64,000 nt of DNA from Phapecoctavirus 536P1. A program made the translations under genes and the position numbers. The notes below the pieces were generated by a model. It was not told the origin of the DNA. It worked only from the letters and a program-made list of their open reading frames with translations, and searched no databases. The stretch lies in sequence record OZ035728.1, one strand, 5' to 3'. This document shows positions 55,186 to 62,766 of the stretch, in pieces (within the stretch, counting starts at the first letter, position 1; each line of letters starts with the position of its first letter).

Positions 55186-55539
55186 ATGAAAGCACAAAAT
55201 ACAATTAAAGAGTACATCCTTGCCGCTATCGATTTTAATGATTATGGTATTACAACCGAAAAAGAGAAGATCGCGGAATTGATGCGCCGTTTTAATTCCG
55301 AGTACTGGTACCCTGATAACCAATCACGTTTTAATTATAGTATTGTTAAAGCACTTGCATCATGGTTACAAGGTTTGCCATCAGATATCAATATCGCTTT
55401 CGAATATTGGGAAATTGATCGCTTGTTAACATCCTGGGGATACATTAAAGAGAATAGCAGCGATGATAAAATCCAACGAGAAAGGGAAAATTATTGGCTT
55501 TATATTGCAGGAGTGATCCTTGCTTGCTCTTATGAATGA
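55186..55539 (+). CDS. hypothetical protein
   Basis: 117 aa. Confidence 0.6.
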   Translation: MKAQNTIKEYILAAIDFNDYGITTEKEKIAELMRRFNSEYWYPDNQSRFNYSIVKALASWLQGLPSDINIAFEYWEIDRLLTSWGYIKENSSDDKIQRERENYWLYIAGVILACSYE

Positions 55540-55545
55540 TAAACC

Positions 55546-55600
55546 TTGACAATTTTACAAAACAGTTTAAATTAACAATATAGCGGCAATGGTGCCGCTC
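55546..55600 (+). promoter_or_regulatory. promoter-hairpin cassette K
   Basis: TTGACA-N16-TAAATT then GCGGCA-ATGG-TGCCGC. Confidence 0.5.
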
Positions 55601-55618
55601 ATATGAAGAGGAAACAAA

Positions 55619-55765
55619 ATGAAGACATCTAATCGCGCAGAAAAAATTCAATCTTCCAAGATCCGCAAGGCCTGGAACGAGGAAGTGATCCGCAAAGGCG
55701 ACAAGCGCAATAAAACAAAGCGCGGGAAGAGTGACAAATATAATTGGATGGATTTAGAGGATTAA
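55619..55765 (+). CDS. small basic protein (48 aa)
   Basis: Lys/Arg-rich; followed directly by terminator. Confidence 0.45.
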   Translation: MKTSNRAEKIQSSKIRKAWNEEVIRKGDKRNKTKRGKSDKYNWMDLED

Positions 55766-55772
55766 CATAACA

Positions 55773-55799
55773 AGGGCGCACCAAGCGCCCTTTCTTTTT
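55773..55799 (+). terminator. intrinsic terminator (GGGCGC-ACCAA-GCGCCC + T tract), copy 1
   Basis: identical hairpin and T tract recur at 60792. Confidence 0.75.
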
Positions 55800-55820
55800 A
55801 TATGTAGAGGATAAACAAAG

Positions 55821-56006
55821 ATGACTTTAAGCGAGCTTAAAACAGCCTACAACGCAACATTAAAAATAGCCGTGCGTTACCGTGATGCGTATGGTTTTAT
55901 CGCGCAGGGCGTGATCCTGGGCTTTTCTGACGATGGTTTGATCTATGTTGATGCACATCATAACAAGGTAAAACCTGAAAACGTCATTAGCATAAAATAT
56001 CTTTAA
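55821..56006 (+). CDS. hypothetical small protein
   Basis: 61 aa; SD GAGGA. Confidence 0.55.
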   Translation: MTLSELKTAYNATLKIAVRYRDAYGFIAQGVILGFSDDGLIYVDAHHNKVKPENVISIKYL

Positions 56007-56012
56007 AAGTGG

Positions 56013-56072
56013 TTGACACCATAACCGGACCTGTTAAACTGTATTACATCAGGCGGGGAATAGTTCCCCACC
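56013..56072 (+). promoter_or_regulatory. promoter-hairpin cassette L
   Basis: TTGACA-N16-TAAACT then GGCGGGGAA-TAG-TTCCCCACC. Confidence 0.55.
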
Positions 56073-56091
56073 ATACAAAAAGGTAAATATT

Positions 56092-56298
56092 ATGATCACC
56101 GCAAAACAAGAGAAAATCATTATCGACGTTGCAGCCGTTGCCGCTATTGCTATTATTGGATCTTATTATGATACCCGTTTCCCGTCGGCTATGCATGAGG
56201 TCGCCGCCGTTGCATCAGTTGGCGTACTGTTTTACGTTGGTAAACGCTATTTATCACCAATGATTAACAAGCTGACACCGTGGAAAAATAAAGGTTGA
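56092..56298 (+). CDS. small membrane protein
   Basis: 68 aa with hydrophobic segment. Confidence 0.55.
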   Translation: MITAKQEKIIIDVAAVAAIAIIGSYYDTRFPSAMHEVAAVASVGVLFYVGKRYLSPMINKLTPWKNKG

Positions 56299-56353
56299 TC
56301 CTGTTTTATATTGTGTTATAGTTATCGTGTAGGGCGGCAATGGTGCCGCGCCC
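56295..56353 (+). promoter_or_regulatory. promoter-hairpin cassette M
   Basis: TTGATC-N16-TATAGT then GGCGGCA-ATGG-TGCCGCG. Confidence 0.5.
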
Positions 56354-56369
56354 CTTTGAGGATGCAATC

Positions 56370-56654
56370 ATGAGTAAAGCTAACACCGTGCTAATGTTTT
56401 CCCTGATTAATGATCCCGCTTACTTGTCCAACATGACGCAGGAGGGTAACACATTAACGGCAACATTCACCAATAAGCTTGACCGAGTGATCATCATCTC
56501 ACTGAAAACAGTTAGTAAAGGCTTTTACTCGTTAGCTTATCATTGGATCACCGATACCGATGAGACAAGCCAGGACTATAGCGCCCCTTTCCCTGAATCA
56601 ATGGCACGGGAGATCATCGCCGCCGTTGTAAATGATGGTTTGTTTACTGAATAA
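56370..56654 (+). CDS. hypothetical protein
   Basis: 94 aa from ATG after SD GAGGA. Confidence 0.55.
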   Translation: MSKANTVLMFSLINDPAYLSNMTQEGNTLTATFTNKLDRVIIISLKTVSKGFYSLAYHWITDTDETSQDYSAPFPESMAREIIAAVVNDGLFTE

Positions 56655-56672
56655 AATAATTTAGAAAAAGGC

Positions 56673-56729
56673 TTGCAATCATTTTGAGATAGTGTATATT
56701 TAATTCATAGGGCGGCGGGAATAGTTCCC
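56673..56729 (+). promoter_or_regulatory. promoter-hairpin cassette N
   Basis: TTGCAA-N16-TATATT then GGCGGCGGGAA-TAG-TTCCC. Confidence 0.5.
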
Positions 56730-56752
56730 AAAGCAAACGAGAGGATTACACG

Positions 56753-56872
56753 ATGAGCAAGTACACAGTAGAATACACGGTAGAAAATCCGGCAGTATCC
56801 GAAGGTAAAAAGATGACATTTGCCATCAATATAATCGCTTTCGTTGTCACTATCTTATCAATCATCTTATAA
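56753..56872 (+). CDS. small hydrophobic peptide (39 aa)
   Basis: SD GAGAGGA; C-terminal TM helix. Confidence 0.45.
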   Translation: MSKYTVEYTVENPAVSEGKKMTFAINIIAFVVTILSIIL

Positions 56873-56882
56873 GGTGCACACC

Positions 56883-57044
56883 ATGAAAACAACAGATATT
56901 ATCAAAGAGATCGCCCTTGCCGCTGGCGTTGAGATCGAGGAAGTGATCGCGCTCAATCTTACAGAAAACGATCTGCGCAACTATGAAGCGGAAAGCGTGA
57001 AAGCAAGCGGCGCGGTCCTGGTATATGATCCGGCTAACAAGTAA
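56883..57044 (+). CDS. hypothetical small protein (53 aa)
   Basis: ATG 10 nt after stop of preceding peptide gene. Confidence 0.45.
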   Translation: MKTTDIIKEIALAAGVEIEEVIALNLTENDLRNYEAESVKASGAVLVYDPANK

Positions 57045-57053
57045 GGGGATAAC

Positions 57054-57203
57054 ATGAATCCGAAAGATATGCAAGCATGGAAAGGGTACGACGATCTAAG
57101 CGCCTTGCGCAATAAGTCAAGCCGTAACTTTAGACGGTTGGAAGCAAAGAAAAAGAAAAATAGTTTGACAAGTCCGCCTAGTCTGATAATATATATCTTG
57201 TAG
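57054..57203 (+). CDS. hypothetical small basic protein (49 aa)
   Basis: SD AAGGGGA; 3' end overlaps cassette O promoter. Confidence 0.35.
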   Translation: MNPKDMQAWKGYDDLSALRNKSSRNFRRLEAKKKKNSLTSPPSLIIYIL

Positions 57204-57222
57204 GGCGGCAATGGTGCCGCTC
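57165..57222 (+). promoter_or_regulatory. promoter-hairpin cassette O
   Basis: TTGACA-N16-TGaTAATAT then GGCGGCA-ATGG-TGCCGCT. Confidence 0.6.
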
Positions 57223-57241
57223 ACAAGAAGAGAGAAAAATC

Positions 57242-57526
57242 ATGAAAATCACAAAAAGCCTAACTAATTATGCAGCACGTCGCGGATTATGTTTAACCGT
57301 TGAAAACTTAGGGAAAGAAGACTTTTTGTGTTTTTGGGAGCTTGAAAATGATTGCGAGTGGATGTTTTCTTATTCTATCTGCGAAGATCAAAACGGTTGT
57401 TTGTTAACCTGGCGCGGTAATATCTGTTTACCGGAAGAAATTAAAGAAGAGTTACCAGGTACGATCATGACAGAGAGACAGCTTAAGGAAGTGATCAATT
57501 TTGTAGGGCAAAACATTAAAAAATAA
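57242..57526 (+). CDS. hypothetical Cys-containing protein
   Basis: 94 aa. Confidence 0.6.
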   Translation: MKITKSLTNYAARRGLCLTVENLGKEDFLCFWELENDCEWMFSYSICEDQNGCLLTWRGNICLPEEIKEELPGTIMTERQLKEVINFVGQNIKK

Positions 57527-57527
57527 T

Positions 57528-57590
57528 TTGACAGTAGGCAAACAACGTAGTAAAGTTTATTACATAGAGCGGCGGAATGGTCCACCGCTC
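57528..57590 (+). promoter_or_regulatory. promoter-hairpin cassette P
   Basis: TTGACA-N17-TAAAGT then GCGGCGGAATGGTCCACCGC. Confidence 0.55.
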
Positions 57591-57611
57591 ACAACAGAAG
57601 AGAAACAAATC

Positions 57612-57782
57612 ATGATCCCGACTATGTTTTATGTATCGCGCAAAGGTCACAATATTTTTTGGTCTGAAGATTTAAATGAAGCTATGACGTTTGCCCGTGA
57701 TCGTGTTGCTATCGGTGGCGTTAACATCACCGTAACCGATGAAAATGGCATTGAATACTATAACGGCGACGATGAAGAATAA
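57612..57782 (+). CDS. hypothetical small protein (56 aa)
   Basis: ATG after leader AGAAGAGAAACAAATC. Confidence 0.5.
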   Translation: MIPTMFYVSRKGHNIFWSEDLNEAMTFARDRVAIGGVNITVTDENGIEYYNGDDEE

Positions 57783-57788
57783 TTAATG

Positions 57789-57813
57789 AGGCGGGGGGAG
57801 TATTCCCCGCCGT
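57789..57813 (+). promoter_or_regulatory. leader stem-loop Q without recognisable promoter
   Basis: GGCGGGGGGAG-TAT-TCCCCGCC directly upstream of SD of gene 57831. Confidence 0.4.
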
Positions 57814-57830
57814 CAATAAAGAGGTAAATC

Positions 57831-58100
57831 ATGAAAATATCATTGGACGTTGCAATCAAGGCCATCGAATCCGGTTACATCCTGGTAAAAGATGATAAGG
57901 CTAAAATAGTGCATCATGTTAACAAGGAAACAGGCGAAAGCATGATCACATATAAAGCCGCCTACTTTCTCCAATCAGTAGCAGATCCGCGCGTACAACG
58001 CCAGGTTACGGCGGCTATTGCTAAAAAATTATGTGCTTTACAGGGTGCAAGTTTTAACGAGATTGCCCCGTGTTTTGAGTGGTCAAGCTTGAAAAAATAA
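57831..58100 (+). CDS. hypothetical protein
   Basis: 89 aa; SD AGAGG. Confidence 0.6.
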   Translation: MKISLDVAIKAIESGYILVKDDKAKIVHHVNKETGESMITYKAAYFLQSVADPRVQRQVTAAIAKKLCALQGASFNEIAPCFEWSSLKK

Positions 58101-58101
58101 T

Positions 58102-58163
58102 TTGACAACAATTATAAATCGGGTAGAATGTATTTCGTAGGGCGGGGCAATAAGGCAACGCCC
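58102..58163 (+). promoter_or_regulatory. promoter-hairpin cassette R
   Basis: TTGACA-N16-TAGAAT then GGGCG...CGCCC stem with long loop. Confidence 0.5.
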
Positions 58164-58181
58164 ATTAATGAGGGTAGAATC

Positions 58182-58286
58182 ATGTTAGAGAAAATTTTCA
58201 CGGTCGTAGTAGTGGGCCTGGCGTTATCGGTTGGAGTAGTTGCAACTATGGCTAATATGATCCTATCTTCCCACGGTATCGGCTAA
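58182..58286 (+). CDS. small hydrophobic peptide (34 aa)
   Basis: SD GAGGG; single TM helix. Confidence 0.4.
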   Translation: MLEKIFTVVVVGLALSVGVVATMANMILSSHGIG

Positions 58287-58300
58287 AAGAGAGACACAAC

Positions 58301-58687
58301 ATGAAAACAGAAATCATTATTGAAATCATCAACGGCTATAAAGAAGCCTTTATTTTTGCTGAATCAGCAAGGGATCATGAAGGTAATTTTATTGATAACT
58401 TAGACGATTATGATTTTTCTCCTAGCGCGGACGAACGGATCGCCCAGGATGTAACAGCCTTTATTAATGCTAATCTTGCCGCTATCTCTGAGGCAATGAG
58501 CGACGGCGCAACAGCCATCCAGATCGGGAGTGATTTACATTTTACCCGTAACGGTCACGGCATAGGCTTTTGGAATCGCCCTGAAATATACACTACTAAC
58601 ACGGCGAACCGCCTAACAAATGCCGCTAAGTTTATGCCTATTGTGTCGGCTTACATTGGTGAAGATAATTTGATTTATATTGAATAA
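58301..58687 (+). CDS. hypothetical acidic protein
   Basis: 128 aa; leader AAAGAGAGACACAAC. Confidence 0.6.
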   Translation: MKTEIIIEIINGYKEAFIFAESARDHEGNFIDNLDDYDFSPSADERIAQDVTAFINANLAAISEAMSDGATAIQIGSDLHFTRNGHGIGFWNRPEIYTTNTANRLTNAAKFMPIVSAYIGEDNLIYIE

Positions 58688-58693
58688 AAAGTA

Positions 58694-58751
58694 TTGACAC
58701 AGATCGCCAGTGTGCTAATATTTACCACGTAGGGCGGCAATGGTGCCGCTC
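58694..58751 (+). promoter_or_regulatory. promoter-hairpin cassette S
   Basis: TTGACA-N16-TGcTAATAT then GGCGGCA-ATGG-TGCCGCT. Confidence 0.6.
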
Positions 58752-58770
58752 ACTGTAAAAGGTAAACATT

Positions 58771-58962
58771 ATGAAAACTATCACCTATCTGGAATCTAAT
58801 AACATGTTTTTCGCCCCCGTTGATGAAATCATCGAAGCATTAAACAACGAGGAAGGGATCAAAGGTTTATCTTATAGCCAACTTTTAGGAATGGTTGCAG
58901 CAAATGAGGAGCTTGCTTACTATATTGAAAATTTTGATGAAGCTGTAATCTTTACAAAATAA
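58771..58962 (+). CDS. hypothetical small acidic protein
   Basis: 63 aa. Confidence 0.55.
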   Translation: MKTITYLESNNMFFAPVDEIIEALNNEEGIKGLSYSQLLGMVAANEELAYYIENFDEAVIFTK

Positions 58963-58964
58963 TC

Positions 58965-59021
58965 CTTGATCTAATCTCTCAGATAACTTATATTTAATGC
59001 GTAGGGCGGCAATGGTGCCGC
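58965..59021 (+). promoter_or_regulatory. promoter-hairpin cassette T
   Basis: TTGATC-N16-TATATT then GGCGGCA-ATGG-TGCCGCC. Confidence 0.5.
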
Positions 59022-59040
59022 CGATAATGAGGAAAACAAA

Positions 59041-59340
59041 ATGGAAACTATCGCTATTGTTACCGTAGAAAAACTGGTTGTTGGTGATGTATTCGCGTTA
59101 ATGGTGCCTAACAGCAGCAAGCTGGGCGCTTATGAAGTAATGGATCATAAAAATGAATCATTTGGCGACGGTTGCACAATGGCGGTAAAATCTTTAAAGG
59201 ATGGAATCATCCGCCAGGCTAACTGGCACAAAGGGAATCAAGTCGGTTTAATATCAGCTAATTTCTTGCCAGAAGAGCAAACATTAGATCAACTATCAGG
59301 CGGTAAGACGTTAGCCGAACTACTGGAAACAGCGATCTAA
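59041..59340 (+). CDS. hypothetical protein
   Basis: 99 aa. Confidence 0.6.
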   Translation: METIAIVTVEKLVVGDVFALMVPNSSKLGAYEVMDHKNESFGDGCTMAVKSLKDGIIRQANWHKGNQVGLISANFLPEEQTLDQLSGGKTLAELLETAI

Positions 59341-59347
59341 TCGACAA

Positions 59348-59364
59348 GGGGCGGCAACGCCCCC
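59348..59364 (+). promoter_or_regulatory. leader stem-loop U (GGGGCG-GCAA-CGCCCC, GNRA-type loop)
   Basis: hairpin 30 nt upstream of ATG 59394; no promoter hexamers seen. Confidence 0.4.
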
Positions 59365-59393
59365 ATTAAACGCAATAGGAAGAGGATAGACAC

Positions 59394-59678
59394 ATGAAAA
59401 AGACGATCGCAGTAGTTGCCCTGGTTGTTGGTATTAACGCGCCTGTAATGGCGAAAGAGTTGCCAGAATCCATCACGTTAACCGATATTAACGCAGTGAA
59501 CCGGATCGGTGTTAATTATCGCCTATGCCTTGCCGCTAAAACTTTCCAGGACGGCACAACAGAGTACTACGGATTCGAGGGTGTTCGGTGCGGTGAGCTT
59601 GCACGCGACCTTAAGGAAGATCCAGACCTTGAGGCCATACCGATGACCGTAAACGGTAAAGCCCAGGTAAACCGCTAA
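59394..59678 (+). CDS. secreted/periplasmic protein
   Basis: signal peptide MKKTIAVVALVVGINAPVMA; SD AGGAAGAGGA. Confidence 0.6.
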   Translation: MKKTIAVVALVVGINAPVMAKELPESITLTDINAVNRIGVNYRLCLAAKTFQDGTTEYYGFEGVRCGELARDLKEDPDLEAIPMTVNGKAQVNR

Positions 59679-59680
59679 CC

Positions 59681-59815
59681 ATGAGAAAGGTAATCATCAC
59701 AATGGGGATCGTAGTAGCAACGCTGGCGCTTATTCCCTTCCTGGTTGAATATGTGCTGATTAATGTTGTCCTAGTAGTCAGTGACCTATTGGAAACGGTT
59801 GGCACCTGGTTTTAA
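59681..59815 (+). CDS. small membrane peptide (44 aa)
   Basis: ATG 2 nt after upstream stop; two hydrophobic stretches. Confidence 0.4.
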   Translation: MRKVIITMGIVVATLALIPFLVEYVLINVVLVVSDLLETVGTWF

Positions 59816-59823
59816 AAATAAAT

Positions 59824-59853
59824 AAACAGGACTTGTTTTTGTCCTGTTTTTTG
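59824..59853 (+). terminator. intrinsic terminator
   Basis: ACAGGAC-loop-GTCCTGT hairpin followed by TTTTTTG. Confidence 0.65.
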
Positions 59854-59991
59854 TTATACTTATTAAACGGGCGGCACTTGGGAGCAGGTGAAGATAATCA
59901 CCGGAAGATCCCGCTATATATCGATAGCTAATACCTATCAAACAACAAAACATCAAAGAGATAAACTATTAAATCTTTACAATCCTACATA

Positions 59992-60020
59992 TTGACCGAT
60001 AAATCACAACAGTTTAATAT
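59992..60020 (+). promoter_or_regulatory. sigma70-like promoter (TTGACC-N17-TAATAT), no leader hairpin
   Basis: about 50 nt upstream of ATG 60069. Confidence 0.45.
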
Positions 60021-60068
60021 TGTTTTCAGAGGTTAAAATATTCCCCAAACGAAAACAGGAAAAAGAAA

Positions 60069-60305
60069 ATGAAAGAAGTTATGATCCTCAAAAAATCACC
60101 TATTTTACGTGGTGGCTTTATCGCTTACTCTGATGATCTGTTAATTGCAACAGTTGCAAAAATACTAAAATCAGAAGATGACAGTAAAAACGGCGTTTAT
60201 CGTATCTGTTTCACCCGTGGAAAATTACAAGGTAAGATCGCTTATGCCTTTGACTTACAAGATGTAAACGATAAAATATGCGCTGTTATTGATTATGCAA
60301 AATAG
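60069..60305 (+). CDS. hypothetical small protein
   Basis: 78 aa; A-rich SD. Confidence 0.55.
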   Translation: MKEVMILKKSPILRGGFIAYSDDLLIATVAKILKSEDDSKNGVYRICFTRGKLQGKIAYAFDLQDVNDKICAVIDYAK

Positions 60306-60317
60306 TTAATTTTCTTA

Positions 60318-60358
60318 TTGACACCGGATCACGCTTGCATTATTATTTATCACGTAGG
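60318..60358 (+). promoter_or_regulatory. cassette V: promoter with degenerate leader (CACGTAGGGC retained, stem lost)
   Basis: TTGACA-N17-TATTAT then CACGTAGGGCAAATCATTTT. Confidence 0.45.
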
Positions 60359-60392
60359 GCAAATCATTTTAAACGGTAAACGAGGAATCACC

Positions 60393-60776
60393 ATGAGCAA
60401 TATCATCAACCTGGCAGCGACTGTAAACGGTAAAGACTTTAACGGCGCTGTAGACCGTGATCCTATGTGGTGCTTATCAGTGTTTAAAGGCGACCTGGTT
60501 GAAGTTAGAACAACCGAAGGGTATAGCGATGATTATAAATGTGAGATCCATTTGCATAACTGGTACACGGGTAAAACTTATGCGCTGAATCACGCGTTTA
60601 TCGGAAAAATCGAATATTGTGAGATGATTGACGAAGAAACGGGGCAAGATTTTAGCGAAAACGTTTATATTCGTTCAGAAACATTAGCCGAACGTTTGAT
60701 CGAGAAAATGAAAGCAAAAAATAAAATTAATTTATCTCATTGGATTGATATAACAAACGATCCAGCTTATCAATAA
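60393..60776 (+). CDS. hypothetical protein
   Basis: 127 aa from ATG after SD GAGGAA. Confidence 0.6.
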   Translation: MSNIINLAATVNGKDFNGAVDRDPMWCLSVFKGDLVEVRTTEGYSDDYKCEIHLHNWYTGKTYALNHAFIGKIEYCEMIDEETGQDFSENVYIRSETLAERLIEKMKAKNKINLSHWIDITNDPAYQ

Positions 60777-60791
60777 ATAACATTTCACACC

Positions 60792-60818
60792 AGGGCGCAC
60801 CAAGCGCCCTTTCTTTTT
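60792..60818 (+). terminator. intrinsic terminator (GGGCGC-ACCAA-GCGCCC + T tract), copy 2; closes cassette array
   Basis: identical to terminator at 55773. Confidence 0.75.
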
Positions 60819-60959
60819 GCCCGAACAATGTTGATAGCTTTCGCCTATGAAAAACCGACACAGAACAAAATTGAATAAATAGCGGTATCAAGCTAATCAA
60901 CCATTAAACGAATAACCATACCTCCCAGGGTAACAGGCTGTTAGAGAGCCATTTATAGC

Positions 60960-61320
60960 GGTTAAAATCGATCAACAACCAACAACAAACCATCAAAAAC
61001 ACCTTTTTACCTCCTTTCTAGTGCAATGATAACCATTATCATCTACCCATGATTATCTATGCAATATAAGCGCATAACTATAATGTTGATAATAGTTCGC
61101 AACAACTAACCAACAAACAACATAAAACAATAAGCAAACTAATCATAATCAAAGGAATAATAGCAAGATGATTGATAACGACAAACAATCAAACCATGAT
61201 AAATACTAAGCAAAATAACGATAACACGACAAAACAACCAACTAACGAACAATAACAAACGAAACCATTAAAATAATAACTATTAGCAAAATAGTGCATG
61301 AATGAAATCATTACAAAACG
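60960..61320. repeat. A/C-rich, G- and T-poor low-complexity tract without ORFs
   Basis: runs such as CAACAACCAACAACAAACCATCAAAAACACC and AACAACATAAAACAATAAGCAAACTAATCATAATC; strong strand asymmetry. Confidence 0.6.
61026..61043. promoter_or_regulatory. Fur-box-like site
   Basis: TGATAACCATTATCATC resembles 3' two-thirds of Fur consensus. Confidence 0.3.
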
Positions 61321-61882
61321 AATCATTCACAGAGTCATCATTAGCACGCTACGCCGGACACGTAGCGAGCTAATAATAAGCCAACTACACCCCAACAATC
61401 ATAACCATCGGTGACGGTTATTTCTTGTTACTGCGTAGCTTGCAATAATTGCAAGCGTAATGACGCTTACACTTATTGCGCTGGCTTATTATTAGCATTA
61501 TATGTAATTACCAAGATCATAACATTAGCGCAATAACAATAATCATTGTGGTAATTACAAGAGTTATCACTATCGTTCAGTGTGATCATCATTAGCAGGA
61601 TGAATAATTGCACGTAGCAACATGAGCGAATAGCGACAGGTTGCATAGTGTGCACATAGTGTATAAACATACAAGAAAATAAAGGCTAATCTTTTGGGGG
61701 CGAATACTATCGCGTAGCGATATGTTGAGCACTAAGAGAAGAGATAAACCTTAATCATGGGGGCGTAAATATCCGCAGGATTGCCAACGGCGATCCGGTA
61801 GGATGTTGAGCACCTTCTCTTAAACGTAAATAAAATCAGAAAATTCTTGATTTATTTTAGTTTTTATGTTAATAAACGTTTA

Positions 61883-61900
61883 AATAATAATCATTCTCAT
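61883..61900. promoter_or_regulatory. Fur-box-like site
   Basis: AATAATAATCATTCTCAT; 12/14 to TGATAATCATTATC core. Confidence 0.4.
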
Positions 61901-62061
61901 ATAAATAATAGTCCGTCTGTCATGAGCGGGATCAGTTGACAATGTTCCGTCATATGATGAAGTTGCCAAACCATTGATAAATAAGTGTTTGTGTGATTTA
62001 TAATCAGGTGGCCCACCTTGTCGCTATGTTGGCATGAGCCTTGCATAAGTCATTGAATACG

Positions 62062-62085
62062 AATGATAATTATTCTCATTCTCAT
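62062..62085. promoter_or_regulatory. Fur-box-like site
   Basis: AATGATAATTATTCTCATTCTCAT; 12/14 to Fur core with duplicated TTCTCAT. Confidence 0.4.
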
Positions 62086-62421
62086 GATATTTGGGAATTG
62101 TCGCTGCGTGGACCTGACGGCCCGAAAATTCGCGTTAAGCACTTCTTACGTATGCGCCATGATTTTTGCCATATCATATTGATTCTATTAGATATTCTTG
62201 CCATGATTGCCATGAAACAGGGTGTCCCGAAATAATCTCTCCCCGTAGATATTTTGGGTTACTTTTTATACAAGAGCGGGGTGTCAAAAATAATCGGTAT
62301 ATATGGGATAATTGATAGGAATCCCCTATGATAATTCGATTGTAATTCCCTAAGATTGATCGTATGATGTTGGTGATTGATGATTGCCATGAAAGATGGC
62401 TAACGATGAGAGGAGATTGTC

Positions 62422-62766
62422 ATGCAAGAGAGTAAAAATGTTCCGTTGAGTAGTTTACGTCTAATGAAGTTTTACAAAGCTTGGCTTGCTGGTGAGGTAG
62501 AAGGTCACACAACGAGTGGCTTGTGCATATGTTTGATTAAGTATGTAGAGGGAACATATCCTGATGAACTGTTACCTCGTCTACAACAGGAGATGAAATC
62601 ACAGTTTATTGGTGCAGGACTGGATTACAATTTCCCGTTTAATGAAGGTGGTTATGAGGAATACACCTTCGAACATAAAAAACATATTTGCCATAAAAAC
62701 AAACATCGTATACAATGGGTGCTAGATAGAATTCAAGATTACGAAGGAGAGAAAAATGACAAATAG
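62422..62766 (+). CDS. hypothetical protein, paralogue of 62756..63124
   Basis: 114 aa; SD GAGAGGAG; shares SSLRLMKFYKAWLA...TTSGLCICL pattern with next gene. Confidence 0.6.
   Translation: MQESKNVPLSSLRLMKFYKAWLAGEVEGHTTSGLCICLIKYVEGTYPDELLPRLQQEMKSQFIGAGLDYNFPFNEGGYEEYTFEHKKHICHKNKHRIQWVLDRIQDYEGEKNDK

Noticed and set aside
51560-60400. Possible CRISPR array suggested by about 20 recurring GC-rich hairpin repeats
   Set aside because: Repeat units are spaced 250-500 bp apart, each interval contains a promoter and a protein-coding ORF, and the repeats vary in sequence; this is a regulatory cassette array, not repeat-spacer architecture.
50013-62420. tRNA or other stable RNA genes in the ORF-free regions
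   Set aside because: No cloverleaf-compatible sequence with T-loop GTTCGA-type motif and acceptor-stem pairing was found by eye in 50013-50600 or 60800-62420; a tRNAscan-type search is needed to be certain.
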